This document shows positions 32,787 to 42,789 of a stretch of 64,000 bases of DNA, piece after piece. The notes under the pieces are model-generated. The model was not told the origin of the DNA and ran no database searches. It saw only the letters and a list, made by a program, of their open reading frames with translations. The stretch comes from Verrucomicrobiota bacterium (lineage in GTDB: Bacteria; Verrucomicrobiota; Verrucomicrobiia; Limisphaerales; AAA164-E04). Position 1 is the first letter of the stretch; each line of letters begins with the position of its first letter. The stretch is taken from NCBI GenBank assembly GCA_047947115.1, contig CP170459.1, positions 3,168,001 to 3,232,000 of the forward strand. The letters are read 5' to 3'. The translations under genes were made by a program, and so were the position numbers.

Positions 32787-33823
32787 ACATTTTGGGAATC
32801 GAATCATCCTGTGATGAAACCGCCGCTGCTGTGGTTGCCAACGGTCGCATCCTGTCTGATCCGGTTGCTTCCCAAATAAAGCTACACGCCGAATATGGTG
32901 GTGTCGTGCCCGAATTGGCTGCGCGGGAGCATTTGAGTCATGTCCTTCCCGTCGTGCGCCAGGCACTTGATGAAGCGGTGGTGCGAGCCGATGAGCTTGA
33001 CTGGATCGCTGCGACCCAAGGTCCGGGGCTTCCTCCTGCCTTGATGGTTGGTTATCATGTCGCCCAGAGTTTGGCGTTCGCACTGGATAAACCCTTTATC
33101 GGAGTCAATCACCATGAAGCACATCTTTATTCACCATGGATTGACCCGGAAGCAGGTTGCCTGGACACAACTGCCTTTGAGCCCAATGTCAGCCTGATCG
33201 TGAGCGGTGGACACACGATGTTGGTGCTGGTGGAAGAACCTTTGAAGCACCGCGTGCTTGGAGGGACGATTGATGATGCCGCCGGGGAATGTTTTGATAA
33301 GACAGCCAAATTGATCGGTTTGCCCTATCCAGGAGGTCCGGTGATGGATCGACTCGCGGCCAAGGGAAACCCGGCGGCGTATGAGTTCCCGCGTCCTTTG
33401 CTCAAAGACCCCGGGCTTGATTTCAGTTTCAGCGGACTCAAAACATCGGTACGATATTTCATTCAAAAACATCCGGAACTGGTTGAAGACTCATCCAAAC
33501 TGCAGGACCTGTGCGCTTCAGTGCAGGCCTCGATTGTGGAGGTGCTGGTTAAAAAGACCATTCGTGCGGCTTTGAAAACAGGTGTGAAAACCATCACCGC
33601 CTCGGGGGGAGTGTCCTGTAACCGGGGGCTGCGGCAGTCTTTGATGGAAGCCTGTGAATCCAAGGGGATGCAACTTCGCATTGCCCACGGAAGGTATTGC
33701 ACCGATAACGCCGCCATGGTGGCCATCCTGGCAGCATGGAAAATCCAAGCCGGAGCCTTGCCCCAAACAGAAGAGGAGGGCATTCGGGCAGGGTGGAGGT
33801 TGGAACAAGGCGTTACCGGATGA
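32783..33823 (+). CDS. tsaD: tRNA N6-adenosine threonylcarbamoyltransferase
   Basis: LGIESSCDET, GGVVPELAAREH, HHEAH, VSGGHT, DDAAGECFDK, FSFSGLKT and CTDNAAM motifs; 4-bp overlap with ctpA. Confidence 0.97.
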   Translation: MNILGIESSCDETAAAVVANGRILSDPVASQIKLHAEYGGVVPELAAREHLSHVLPVVRQALDEAVVRADELDWIAATQGPGLPPALMVGYHVAQSLAFALDKPFIGVNHHEAHLYSPWIDPEAGCLDTTAFEPNVSLIVSGGHTMLVLVEEPLKHRVLGGTIDDAAGECFDKTAKLIGLPYPGGPVMDRLAAKGNPAAYEFPRPLLKDPGLDFSFSGLKTSVRYFIQKHPELVEDSSKLQDLCASVQASIVEVLVKKTIRAALKTGVKTITASGGVSCNRGLRQSLMEACESKGMQLRIAHGRYCTDNAAMVAILAAWKIQAGALPQTEEEGIRAGWRLEQGVTG

Positions 33824-34226
33824 GTTTAAGGTGAAACTCCAAAGCGATGAGATTAATATCGTGGTCGTTGTGAAGCTCTGCCGCCGCTATGAAAGGGTCT
33901 TCCACTTTCTTGATTGTCGGGCCTTTCATTTGCAGTAATCAATAGATATCGGCCGCATCCCAGGCGCAGACAGATCACCTTACCATTCGACGGTTCTTTC
34001 TGGTTCCATGATTTTACAGATGCGATGTCTTCTGAGAATTTCTCTTAACGCAAAGTCGCCGCTACACAGTAGGTTTGGATCCCATTACATTTTTTGACAT
34101 CGTCTACTCCCTCGTCATCTATGACAAAATCCGTTATCATCCCATGTGTATCATGTTTCCGAATGAGATACATGCCAACATTAGGAAAGAACCATGGTGG
34201 GATTTATCATTCTTTCCTTCAAAGGC

Positions 34227-35504
34227 CTACTTTTTCTTTTTCCCCTGGGATTTCGCCTTTTTCCTGGCTTTCTTTTTTTCGGCAGGGGCTTGGTGGACCT
34301 GTGCGGCCACTTTTAGGCGCAGACCGTTCAGTCGAATGAAGCCGGTGGCATCGTCCTGGTTGTAGGCCTGGGTTGGGTCGGCTTCCATGGTGGCAATGTC
34401 AGGGTTGTATAGGCTGACCGGTGATTTTCTTCCCGCGGTGATGATATTGCCCTTGTAAAGCTTGATCCGAACGGTGCCGGTCACGTTCTTCTGGCTTTCA
34501 GTGACCAGAGCCTGAAGGGCTTCACGTTCCGGCGCGTACCAGAATCCGTAGTAAACCAGTTCCGCATATTTGGGGATCAATGAATCGCGCAGGTGCATGA
34601 CTTCGCGATCCATGGTGAGACTTTCAATCTGGCGATGGGCGAAGAGCAGGATGCTGCCACCTGGGGTTTCATAAACACCACGCGATTTCATGCCCACGAA
34701 GCGGTTTTCCACGAGGTCGACCCTTCCAACACCATGTTTGCCTCCGAGCTTGTTGAGCTTCTTCATGACGCCAAGTGGTGTCATGCGCTTGCCATTGACG
34801 GCGACGCAGTTTCCCTGAACAAATTCCAGGTCGACATATTCCGGTTCGTCCGGAGCGTCTTCGGGGCTGACGCTGAGTTTATACATGTCCTTGTGCTCGG
34901 GTGCGGATGCGTCCAGCCACGGATCTTCCAGGATGCCGGCTTCGTAGGAAATATGGAGCAGGTTGCGATCCATGGAGTAGGGCTTCTTTGCGCTGGCTTC
35001 CACGGGGATGTTCTTTTCGGCGCAATAATCGATCATTTCTTTGCGGCCGGGGAAGGTGGCTCGAAATTCGGCGTCGCGCCACGGGGCAATGACATTAATT
35101 TCAGGAGCGAGTGCGGCCGCCGTCAATTCGAAACGAACCTGGTCGTTGCCTTTGCCGGTGGCCCCATGTGCTATGGCTTGCGCATTCTCTTTGCGGGCAA
35201 TTTCCACCATGCGTTTAGCGATCAGGGGGCGTGCAATACTGGTGCCCAGGAAATACTGGCCTTCGTAGATCGCGCCAGCCTGGATCATGGGAAAGATGAA
35301 GTCGCGCGCGAATTCTTCCTGCAGGTCGTCGATGTAAATTTTTGAGGAACCGGTCTTCTTGGCCTTTTTATCCAGACCATCTAATTCCTCCTCCTGTCCG
35401 ATGTCGGCACAGAAAGCAATGATCTTGGCCTGATATTTGTCTTTCAACCAGGAAACTAACACTGAGGTGTCCAAACCGCCCGAATATGCCAATACAATTT
35501 TCAC
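34227..35504 (-). CDS. argG: Argininosuccinate synthase
   Basis: [35 protein letters not shown] and SRGVYETP motifs; start placed at GTG 35504. Confidence 0.97.
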   Translation of the reverse strand: MKIVLAYSGGLDTSVLVSWLKDKYQAKIIAFCADIGQEEELDGLDKKAKKTGSSKIYIDDLQEEFARDFIFPMIQAGAIYEGQYFLGTSIARPLIAKRMVEIARKENAQAIAHGATGKGNDQVRFELTAAALAPEINVIAPWRDAEFRATFPGRKEMIDYCAEKNIPVEASAKKPYSMDRNLLHISYEAGILEDPWLDASAPEHKDMYKLSVSPEDAPDEPEYVDLEFVQGNCVAVNGKRMTPLGVMKKLNKLGGKHGVGRVDLVENRFVGMKSRGVYETPGGSILLFAHRQIESLTMDREVMHLRDSLIPKYAELVYYGFWYAPEREALQALVTESQKNVTGTVRIKLYKGNIITAGRKSPVSLYNPDIATMEADPTQAYNQDDATGFIRLNGLRLKVAAQVHQAPAEKKKARKKAKSQGKKKK

Positions 35505-35540
35505 CCCACCAGCATGCTCAAATCCGGGATTCGCTGCCAA
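35502..35540 (-). promoter_or_regulatory. Putative sigma70 promoter giving a leaderless argG transcript
   Basis: Minus strand TTGGCA-N18-CATGCT-N6-GTG; no clear Shine-Dalgarno sequence. Confidence 0.45.
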
Positions 35541-35566
35541 GCTGAAAAATCGGGAATCGAAACACT

Positions 35567-36568
35567 TCAGCTTGTTGAGGTGTTGGCAAGGGTCCAGGAT
35601 TGTACCTTGTGGTGACCGACAGCCAGGATGTGATGATTCTTTGTGTCTAAGTGGAATCGATGGATATACATCGAAGATTCCGGTTCACTCACAGATTTTT
35701 GAGTCGAGCTGTCCAAGCAGATCCAAAATCCCTTACCGCTTCCCCCTGCGCTGATGAGGTGGGAACCGTCCTCCAGGTAGTGGAGGTCTTCGATCAATCC
35801 TTTGTGAGTATCACTTTCAAATTCACCGGCTTGTTTGCCGTTCTCCACGCTGAACCATTCGATGCGTGCTTTGCCTCCCAGACCATCCACGTTTTTCACA
35901 TGCCCCATGCCACCTGCCGCCAGGGTCGTTTGGTCGGGGGAAAAGCAAAGGGATCGGATGCCGCCGATGGAGCGCAGGCGTTGAACTTCATCCCAGGTAT
36001 ACATGATGGGAGCTTTCAGGTGATGCATGATTTTTCCGGTCCGGATTTCCCAGAGGATGATGTCCCCGATGCGGTCTGCCGTTGCCAGAAGTGAGCCATC
36101 GGATGAGAAGGCGCAGGTATACAGCATGGTGGAAAACCCCTGGGGGGTTTGCGGGGCGTGTCCTTTCAATTCTTTCAAAAGTTGACCGGACGCGGCATCC
36201 CAAATTCGGGCGATCATGTCATCGCCAACCGTGGCAAGCATCCGTCCATCGGGGGTGACTTGAATGTTTCGTATCCATTTCGCATGCGCTTTTCTGGAGG
36301 ATCGAAGTTGGCCGGAAGCGAGATCCCATTCATTGAGCAACCGGTCATATCCAACCGACCATAATCTGCCTTGAGCCACCGCTGCGCCTGTCACATAACT
36401 TTGGTGGGCCAACAACGGGGGTTGATCCGTTTGCGCACCGGAAGCATCCAGTCGGTGGATTCCGGCATCCGAACTTCCCGTATACCAGGTGTCATCGGAT
36501 GCCGAATGTGCCAGGCAGAAAAGGATGTCATCCCTTTCGTGGTCCTGGCCTGGTTTCAATTCAATCAT
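35567..36568 (-). CDS. WD40-repeat beta-propeller protein
   Basis: Repeated H...V/I...DG..LAT.G.D...R.WD motifs; last gene of the DUF1549-DUF1501 cluster. Confidence 0.88.
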   Translation of the reverse strand: MIELKPGQDHERDDILFCLAHSASDDTWYTGSSDAGIHRLDASGAQTDQPPLLAHQSYVTGAAVAQGRLWSVGYDRLLNEWDLASGQLRSSRKAHAKWIRNIQVTPDGRMLATVGDDMIARIWDAASGQLLKELKGHAPQTPQGFSTMLYTCAFSSDGSLLATADRIGDIILWEIRTGKIMHHLKAPIMYTWDEVQRLRSIGGIRSLCFSPDQTTLAAGGMGHVKNVDGLGGKARIEWFSVENGKQAGEFESDTHKGLIEDLHYLEDGSHLISAGGSGKGFWICLDSSTQKSVSEPESSMYIHRFHLDTKNHHILAVGHHKVQSWTLANTSTS

Positions 36569-36612
36569 GTTTCGGAAATGTTTGTTCTACCCTGGAAGAA
36601 TGGATACCAGAC

Positions 36613-37938
36613 TCAACTTAACACCTGTCTGATTGGCTCAATGCCGTAATTGACCAACGGAACAGGCCGTGGACCGAAGTAATAGTTTTTGTCGTGGGGA
36701 ATTCCGACCGCATGCAGCATGGTGGCGAATAATTCGCCGGCTCCGACTTCGCCCTCTTTGACTTCTTTGCCGTCCTTGTCTGTTTCTCCGAAAATGGCAC
36801 CTTCCTGAATCCCGCATCCCGCCATCAGGGCGCTCCATGCCCTTGAGAAATGATCTCGTCCCAATTGGGCGTTGATCTCCGGTGTGCGTCCGAATTCTCC
36901 CATGACTACGACCAAGGTGTGATCGAGCATGCCACGCTGACGCAGGTCATCGAGGAGCGCTGAGAGGACACGATCGAGTTCAGGGACCATTTCCTGATGT
37001 GTTTCAAAGTTCTGGCCATGACTGTCCCACCACGCACGACCGACCCGCACGAAGGGCACTCCTGATTCGGCAAGCCGTCTTGCCAGGAGCATTTGTTTGC
37101 CAAACAATGTTGGACCGTATCGCTCACGAATGGAGACTGGCTCACGATCAATATCGAAGAGCTTTTCACTGCTCATCAATCCTTGAACGCGGGCATAGGC
37201 CGAAGCATGGCTCTTCACGAGTTCCGAATCCCTGCTGTGGGCGAATTGCCGGCTCAGCAATGCCTGCAGTTCGGCGCGCGCATGATGATCGATGTCGGAA
37301 AGGTGACTCAGACGTTTCAGGTTGGGCGGCGTCATTTGATCCGTCAATTGCATGGGAGCAAAACGAGCACCGAGAAAGCTGGGTGTGAGTTTGGAAAAGT
37401 GACGTCCTTCTGTTTGTGAGTAGAAGGAAACATAATCCGGCACTTCGCTGTCTGCGCGTGCCAGTTCCTTGGCAAGGATGGCTCCGATGTCCGGGTATTT
37501 CATTGCCGGTTCATCCTTTCGTCCGCGCATCATCAGGACAGATGCCGTGTCGTGACCGCTGTCCTTGGTGTTCAGTGAGCGGATCAGGCAGGTCTGATGC
37601 ATGCGCTTCGCCATCATCGGCATCAATTCGGAAACGTGGAGTCCTGGAATCGTGGTCGGTATGGTGCCGAAAGGGCCTCCTGTGGCGCGGCCGGGCTTGG
37701 GATCCCAGGTTTCAAACTGACTCGCCCCGCCTGCCAGCCAGACCAAAATAACGCTTCGTCCCCTGGCTTTGAGCTGGTGGTTGAGCTGTTCCTGGTCAAA
37801 CAGGTGTGCCGATCCGGCATTGCCGATCAAACCGCCCGCGCCGGCCATGCTGACCGCCAGACTGTTCATGAACAGTCGTCGGCTGATTTGATGTTCCGCA
37901 TTCTGGCATTCTCCCGGCTTTGTCTTTTCTGTAGGCAT
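36613..37938 (-). CDS. DUF1501 family protein (Tat-like RR leader)
   Basis: SRRLF leader; VILVWLAGGASQFETWDPKP, ARRLAESGVPFV, WDSH and GEFGRTP.IN...GRDH motifs. Confidence 0.92.
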   Translation of the reverse strand: MPTEKTKPGECQNAEHQISRRLFMNSLAVSMAGAGGLIGNAGSAHLFDQEQLNHQLKARGRSVILVWLAGGASQFETWDPKPGRATGGPFGTIPTTIPGLHVSELMPMMAKRMHQTCLIRSLNTKDSGHDTASVLMMRGRKDEPAMKYPDIGAILAKELARADSEVPDYVSFYSQTEGRHFSKLTPSFLGARFAPMQLTDQMTPPNLKRLSHLSDIDHHARAELQALLSRQFAHSRDSELVKSHASAYARVQGLMSSEKLFDIDREPVSIRERYGPTLFGKQMLLARRLAESGVPFVRVGRAWWDSHGQNFETHQEMVPELDRVLSALLDDLRQRGMLDHTLVVVMGEFGRTPEINAQLGRDHFSRAWSALMAGCGIQEGAIFGETDKDGKEVKEGEVGAGELFATMLHAVGIPHDKNYYFGPRPVPLVNYGIEPIRQVLS

Positions 37939-37944
37939 GTTTTG

Positions 37945-39975
37945 CTAATGGTTCAAACGACATTCAGGACTGGTCAAAAGGACCCATATCATAGATTCCA
38001 ATTGGTTTTTTGCTTGGGTTCTTTCCAAGGACAGGAACCGGGTCATGGTTTCGGTTTCTGACTGTGTGGGTAACCGGTTCAGTATGTTGATGTATGCTTT
38101 TTCCACCTGCTTTTCGGTGTTCGGTTCTTCCAATAGTGTTGCGACCAAACCATCCGGCCGGTTTTCAAAGAGCAGTGAACGGATGTCTTTGCCGTTACTC
38201 AGTTGCAGCGCTTCGTCCACACTGAAATAAAATCCGTCACCGGGCCTTTCAAACCAGGAAGCTGTCTCATCCAGATGATTCAGCAGTATGCCAAGTTGTT
38301 CATGGTGCTTTTTGTCCGATGGTTCGCAACCATCGAAAACCTCGGGTGATGTTGCGCCGATCAGGAGATTGGCTGCATATTGACGTGGGGTTAATACACG
38401 TAAATTGGCTGTTGCGTAAGTGTCATTTGCGGGGCGATCGCTGGTGGTCCATGCACTGGACCGCTGATAGGCCTTGCTCAGTACAATGCCTTCAACCAGA
38501 CCATTCAGGTCGTAATCCGAACGCGCCAACCAGTCCGCCAACCAGAGCAGCAGTTCCGGGTGGCTGGGAGGATTGTCCCCGTGCATTTGATCCAGGGGTT
38601 CAACAAACCCGGCTCCCATGAATCGATACCAGACACGGTTGACCAGCGCCCGCGCGAAGTATCCCTGTTGATCCGCCGCCAATCCTTCCTGAACCAGTTT
38701 TGCTCGACGACTGTTGGGGGGCAGGGGAGCGGGTTTCTTTTCCTGCTTCAATGTTTCCAGTTGTTCCTTTTCGGCTTTGCGCTGTTCATCATTCCATTCA
38801 TCGGAATCATCCATGATCCGGTTGCCGTCAATGAATTGAAGAGGGGCATTGCGTGTGTCGCCCCGGGTGGTTTTATAGCTTACCTGACCGTACGCTCGTT
38901 CGGTCACAAACCCGCCGTTTTCGAACGTTCGACCAAAAAAGGATTTCATGCCGTAATAACTTGCCTGTGTCCAATCAGGCACGTTGGGGTGGTCATGACA
39001 TTGTGCACAACTGATGTTCACGCCGAAAAAACGCACGCTCACATCGTTGGTCAGTTGATCAATGTCACGCACTCGTTCTTTGATGAATTGCGGCGCCCCT
39101 TTTGCCGTTTCATCCTGATAATCGGCGACAATGATCTCCTTGAATATCCGATCCCAGGATCGGTTTTCTCCAAAAGCTGTTTCCAGATAGGTCTTCAGTT
39201 CGCCTTCCTTGCCATCCATGAGCAGCCAGTTGAATTCTTCCACTTGTTGTTCCTTGTAACATGGAGAATCGATGAGGTGGTGAACGTACTCTTCCAGACG
39301 CTGTGGGGATGAATTGAAAAGATAATCGTTGAATTCAGCCGGAGTCGGAGGGCGGCCAGCCAGATCCAGAGTAACGCGACGTACCAACTCCACATCGGTT
39401 GCCCGGGGGGCCGGGATGATCCGCCGCTTTTTCAAGGCGTTCAGTATGTAATGATCAATGGCCTGTTGCGGCGAGGTTTCAGGGGAGAGCAGGTCATCCC
39501 GGTTGACCGTTACCCACCAGGCCGGTTTTGCTTTGGGGAGCCCGTTTGCCGATTGTGGGAAAACGGCTCCGGATCGGATCCAAGTTTCAAAATGCCGGAT
39601 CTGCTCAGTTGAAAGTGGATCGTCAGGTGGCATCTGAAGGTCTTTGTCCTGATATCTGATAGCAGTGATTAAGAGGCTTTGGTCCGGGTGACCCTCAACC
39701 AGGGAAGGACCGGTGTCTCCACCTCGGAGCATGGCCTCCCGACTGTCCAGTTGTAGCCCTCCTTTAGATTTGTTCCGCGTCTGAGAGTGACATCCGTAAC
39801 AGGCCTCCGCAAGAATCGGGCGGATCTTGTTCTCAAAAAATGCAATGTCAGATTCTGTGGGACTGGTCTGAGCCTGTATGATCGGGCAGGCAAACACGCA
39901 AAGCAGCAAACACATACACATTTTTGTTGTAAAATGTTTCTCGATTCCGGGCATGTGATTTTGCCTGATGCTCAT
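37945..39975 (-). CDS. Planctomycete cytochrome c plus DUF1549/DUF1553 (PSCyt1/PSCyt2/PSD1) protein
   Basis: FFENKIRPIL...CYGCH...KGGLQLD, RRVTLDLAGRPP, CAQCHDHP and NPPSHPELL motifs; start uncertain (ATG 39975 chosen). Confidence 0.9.
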   Translation of the reverse strand: MSIRQNHMPGIEKHFTTKMCMCLLLCVFACPIIQAQTSPTESDIAFFENKIRPILAEACYGCHSQTRNKSKGGLQLDSREAMLRGGDTGPSLVEGHPDQSLLITAIRYQDKDLQMPPDDPLSTEQIRHFETWIRSGAVFPQSANGLPKAKPAWWVTVNRDDLLSPETSPQQAIDHYILNALKKRRIIPAPRATDVELVRRVTLDLAGRPPTPAEFNDYLFNSSPQRLEEYVHHLIDSPCYKEQQVEEFNWLLMDGKEGELKTYLETAFGENRSWDRIFKEIIVADYQDETAKGAPQFIKERVRDIDQLTNDVSVRFFGVNISCAQCHDHPNVPDWTQASYYGMKSFFGRTFENGGFVTERAYGQVSYKTTRGDTRNAPLQFIDGNRIMDDSDEWNDEQRKAEKEQLETLKQEKKPAPLPPNSRRAKLVQEGLAADQQGYFARALVNRVWYRFMGAGFVEPLDQMHGDNPPSHPELLLWLADWLARSDYDLNGLVEGIVLSKAYQRSSAWTTSDRPANDTYATANLRVLTPRQYAANLLIGATSPEVFDGCEPSDKKHHEQLGILLNHLDETASWFERPGDGFYFSVDEALQLSNGKDIRSLLFENRPDGLVATLLEEPNTEKQVEKAYINILNRLPTQSETETMTRFLSLERTQAKNQLESMIWVLLTSPECRLNH

Positions 39976-40080
39976 GGTGGATTCGACGTATTCTAATATC
40001 GACATGATAAATCTCAAGCCAAACCTCCTTGATTTCAAAGGTTGCAAAAGTTGATGGAATGGGTTTTCTTGCCGTCCCTT

Positions 40081-40974
40081 ATGGAGTGCAACTCGAATCA
40101 ACAAACTCCGAATTGGAGAGCTTACCTCATCCTAGGTCGCATCTCCAATCTGCCGACCGTGTGGTCCAACTGTCTGGTGGGTTGGTTGATGGGGGACGGC
40201 ATGGGGATAGGTGGCGCTGTCGGTTGGGGTGTGCTCCTGTGGCTTTGCCTGGGAGGAACACTGCTTTACGTTGGTGGCATGTATCTGAATGATGCATTTG
40301 ATGCAGGTTTTGACCGGCAATTTCGCAAAGAGCGTCCTATTCCTGCCGGGCATGTGAAGGAAGAAACCGTCTGGTTGCTTGGGTGGGGGCAAATGGTATT
40401 GGGCTTTGCCTGCCTTGTATTCGGGTGCCAGGTGTCGTGGATCATTGCTTTGATGCTGGTGGGATCCATCATCCTTTACGACGCCGTTCACAAACACGTT
40501 CCCTTCTCTCCGGTCATCATGGCGGCTTGCCGGTTCTTTCTGGTTTTGGCAGCATTTGATGCCTCTGGAAATCCCTGGCAAGGTTACGCCTTATGGCCTG
40601 CTTTTGCACTGGCGGCCTATATCATTGGGCTTACCTATGTCGCCAAGCGCGAATCTACCGGTGGCGTCATTTCCTTCTGGCCCTGCCTGCTCATCGTTGC
40701 GCCCATCCTGCTATCCTATCTGGTGAACAACGGTCGTTACTTCTGGTTGGGCATCCTGACGAGTTTGGTGCTCGCGGCGTGGATCGTTTACTGCCTGCAA
40801 TTCGTTCTGCGCACCGACAAGGTCCAAATCTTCAAAACCGTATCCGGCTTACTGGCCGGCATCGCGTTGGTGGACATGGTGGCCATCGTTGGGCAGGATC
40901 CTTATTGGTTGGGGATCATGTTTCTCCTGTTCCTGTCTGCACTGCTATTCCAGCGGTTTGTGCCGGCGACCTAA
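40081..40974 (+). CDS. UbiA-family prenyltransferase, EboC-like
   Basis: LGRISNLPTVWSN, GGMYLNDAFDA.FD...RKERPIP.G, YDAVHK and MAACR motifs; multiple TM helices. Confidence 0.85.
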   Translation: MECNSNQQTPNWRAYLILGRISNLPTVWSNCLVGWLMGDGMGIGGAVGWGVLLWLCLGGTLLYVGGMYLNDAFDAGFDRQFRKERPIPAGHVKEETVWLLGWGQMVLGFACLVFGCQVSWIIALMLVGSIILYDAVHKHVPFSPVIMAACRFFLVLAAFDASGNPWQGYALWPAFALAAYIIGLTYVAKRESTGGVISFWPCLLIVAPILLSYLVNNGRYFWLGILTSLVLAAWIVYCLQFVLRTDKVQIFKTVSGLLAGIALVDMVAIVGQDPYWLGIMFLLFLSALLFQRFVPAT

Positions 40975-41157
40975 GGGAATTGAAAGACGCCTTCCTTTCC
41001 ACTCCATTGATCATGGAGCAGAGGGCAATGGAATGGGTTCCCGTCATCCGAATTTTTCCGCAGCCCCTAATGAGTCGTGAGTGACAAGGTCAGTGTTTCC
41101 CGGATTTGTTTTCAATCCGAAAATTGCCCTTAACCCATCACAGCCCCCGGCTCCTGT

Positions 41158-42363
41158 TCAGTGTGCCAGGAATTCTTTCTTTGCTGCTTTTTCGTCCAGT
41201 TCCGAAAGTCTCAGTCGCACGCTGACGATGTATGGGGACTCGCCTTCGGTCCAGTGGCCGTAGGTGGTGGTGACGAAGGTGCCGTCGGGGAGGAGTTCGA
41301 CGCCTGGATAGGCACAGTCGGCTCCTTTGGTATTGTTCATGAGGCGCACTCGGTATTGACCTTCACGATTGTTCAAAATGTCCTCATAAGTTCCCACCCA
41401 GGCTACCCAGTCGCCTTTGGTCGGAGACTCGTGGGTTGTATCACGGAAGGAGATGAACAGTCTGCCGTCGGGTGCATACACGCCGGTATGGCGGTCACCG
41501 GTCAGGGAGGCAGGCAGTTCGCGTGGTTTGGACCAGGTTTGTGCCTCGTCGTTGCTGAAGATGACATGTGAGTTTTTTCGCCGGGCATTTTCCCGGAGGA
41601 GGACCGCCATTTGTTTGCCGTCCGGCGAACGCACCATGCCGGGTTCGCAAAGGTGAACGGCGCTGCTGGCGAAGATGGTATCAGGCTGAGACCACGTCAG
41701 GCCGCCATCTGATGAAAAGGTTTGATAGAGAGTCATGGTATCCACGCGCTTTCCGTTGGTACGGAAAAAGCGACCGTCATCGTGAAACATGGCCATGTAG
41801 TTGCCGGATTCTTTTCCGACGGGTGCGACGTAGCCCATGACAACAATCCCCCCCCAATCACCGGCCGGGTTCAGTTCACTCCAGGTCAATCCATCATCTT
41901 CGGAGACCGCCAGGCGAGCCGGGTAGAGTCCCGACCACATGATGATACGCTTCTTGCCATGGGCATCCACAACTCTGTGAAGCGTTGGAACTTCTTTGGA
42001 AGTTTCCCATGATTTGGGTGTAGGCAACCGGTTGGACCACGTTTTGCCTCCATCCATGCTGCGTTTGTAGACGATTCCACCGCGTCCGTGTCCCTTTGGA
42101 TAGACGCATAACATGGTCTTGCCATCTTCAAGGAGACAGGTGGTGGGGTGTCCAAGGTATTGTCCTTCCTCTCTGTCCACGATGACCTGTCTGTGTTTTT
42201 CACCCGAAAGGTCGATGATAGGGATGGAATAGCCACGGGGCATGGAGGAGGTGTCTGCCGCGGTGGCTGATGTGAGTGACACAACCATCATGAGTATTGT
42301 CAGCCATACTGCCTGTGGTGCTTGAAAGCGTGATAATTTGCGGGTTATCTGGATTGTGGTCAT
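41158..42363 (-). CDS. BNR/Asp-box sialidase-family (GH33-like) secreted protein
   Basis: Asp-boxes SMDGGKTW, SEDDGLTW, SSDGGLTW and SNDEAQTW; DCAYP near the C-terminus; signal peptide. Confidence 0.85.
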   Translation of the reverse strand: MTTIQITRKLSRFQAPQAVWLTILMMVVSLTSATAADTSSMPRGYSIPIIDLSGEKHRQVIVDREEGQYLGHPTTCLLEDGKTMLCVYPKGHGRGGIVYKRSMDGGKTWSNRLPTPKSWETSKEVPTLHRVVDAHGKKRIIMWSGLYPARLAVSEDDGLTWSELNPAGDWGGIVVMGYVAPVGKESGNYMAMFHDDGRFFRTNGKRVDTMTLYQTFSSDGGLTWSQPDTIFASSAVHLCEPGMVRSPDGKQMAVLLRENARRKNSHVIFSNDEAQTWSKPRELPASLTGDRHTGVYAPDGRLFISFRDTTHESPTKGDWVAWVGTYEDILNNREGQYRVRLMNNTKGADCAYPGVELLPDGTFVTTTYGHWTEGESPYIVSVRLRLSELDEKAAKKEFLAH

Positions 42364-42789
42364 GATTGGAAACAGCTATACCAAAGGCGACATGTAATCA
42401 AGGTAGTTCGGAAAACGGATCATCCATTGTCTCAAAGGATGGAAGTTCGAATGGATCGTTTAGAGCGGGCGGAGGATTTGGCCATGTCCGTATTACCCAT
42501 TCTGAAAGAGCTTTCTGCCAGACCGATCTGATGATGTATTTCGGATCCCGGCCCAGCTTGTAGCCACCACCATGCCGCTCTGGCGTCATCTTGAAAGAGC
42601 GAAAATACATGCCTCCGATGGTGCGCTTGATCCGTCGTGAGAGTTGCCCGCCTTGTCCCTGCAGCCTCAGAAAGTGGTATATCAAACGAAGTTCGGATCG
42701 CCATTTGCTGGCATTGTGATTGATGAGATTTCAATGATGACTGCTTTCGGGCTTGGAATTTGCGCGTTGAAGGGGTAGTTAGGGCGTTC

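Noticed and set aside
33824..34226. Gene or ncRNA in the tsaD-argG gap
   Set aside because: Only short broken frames and no clear structure; possibly decayed DNA, but unsupported.
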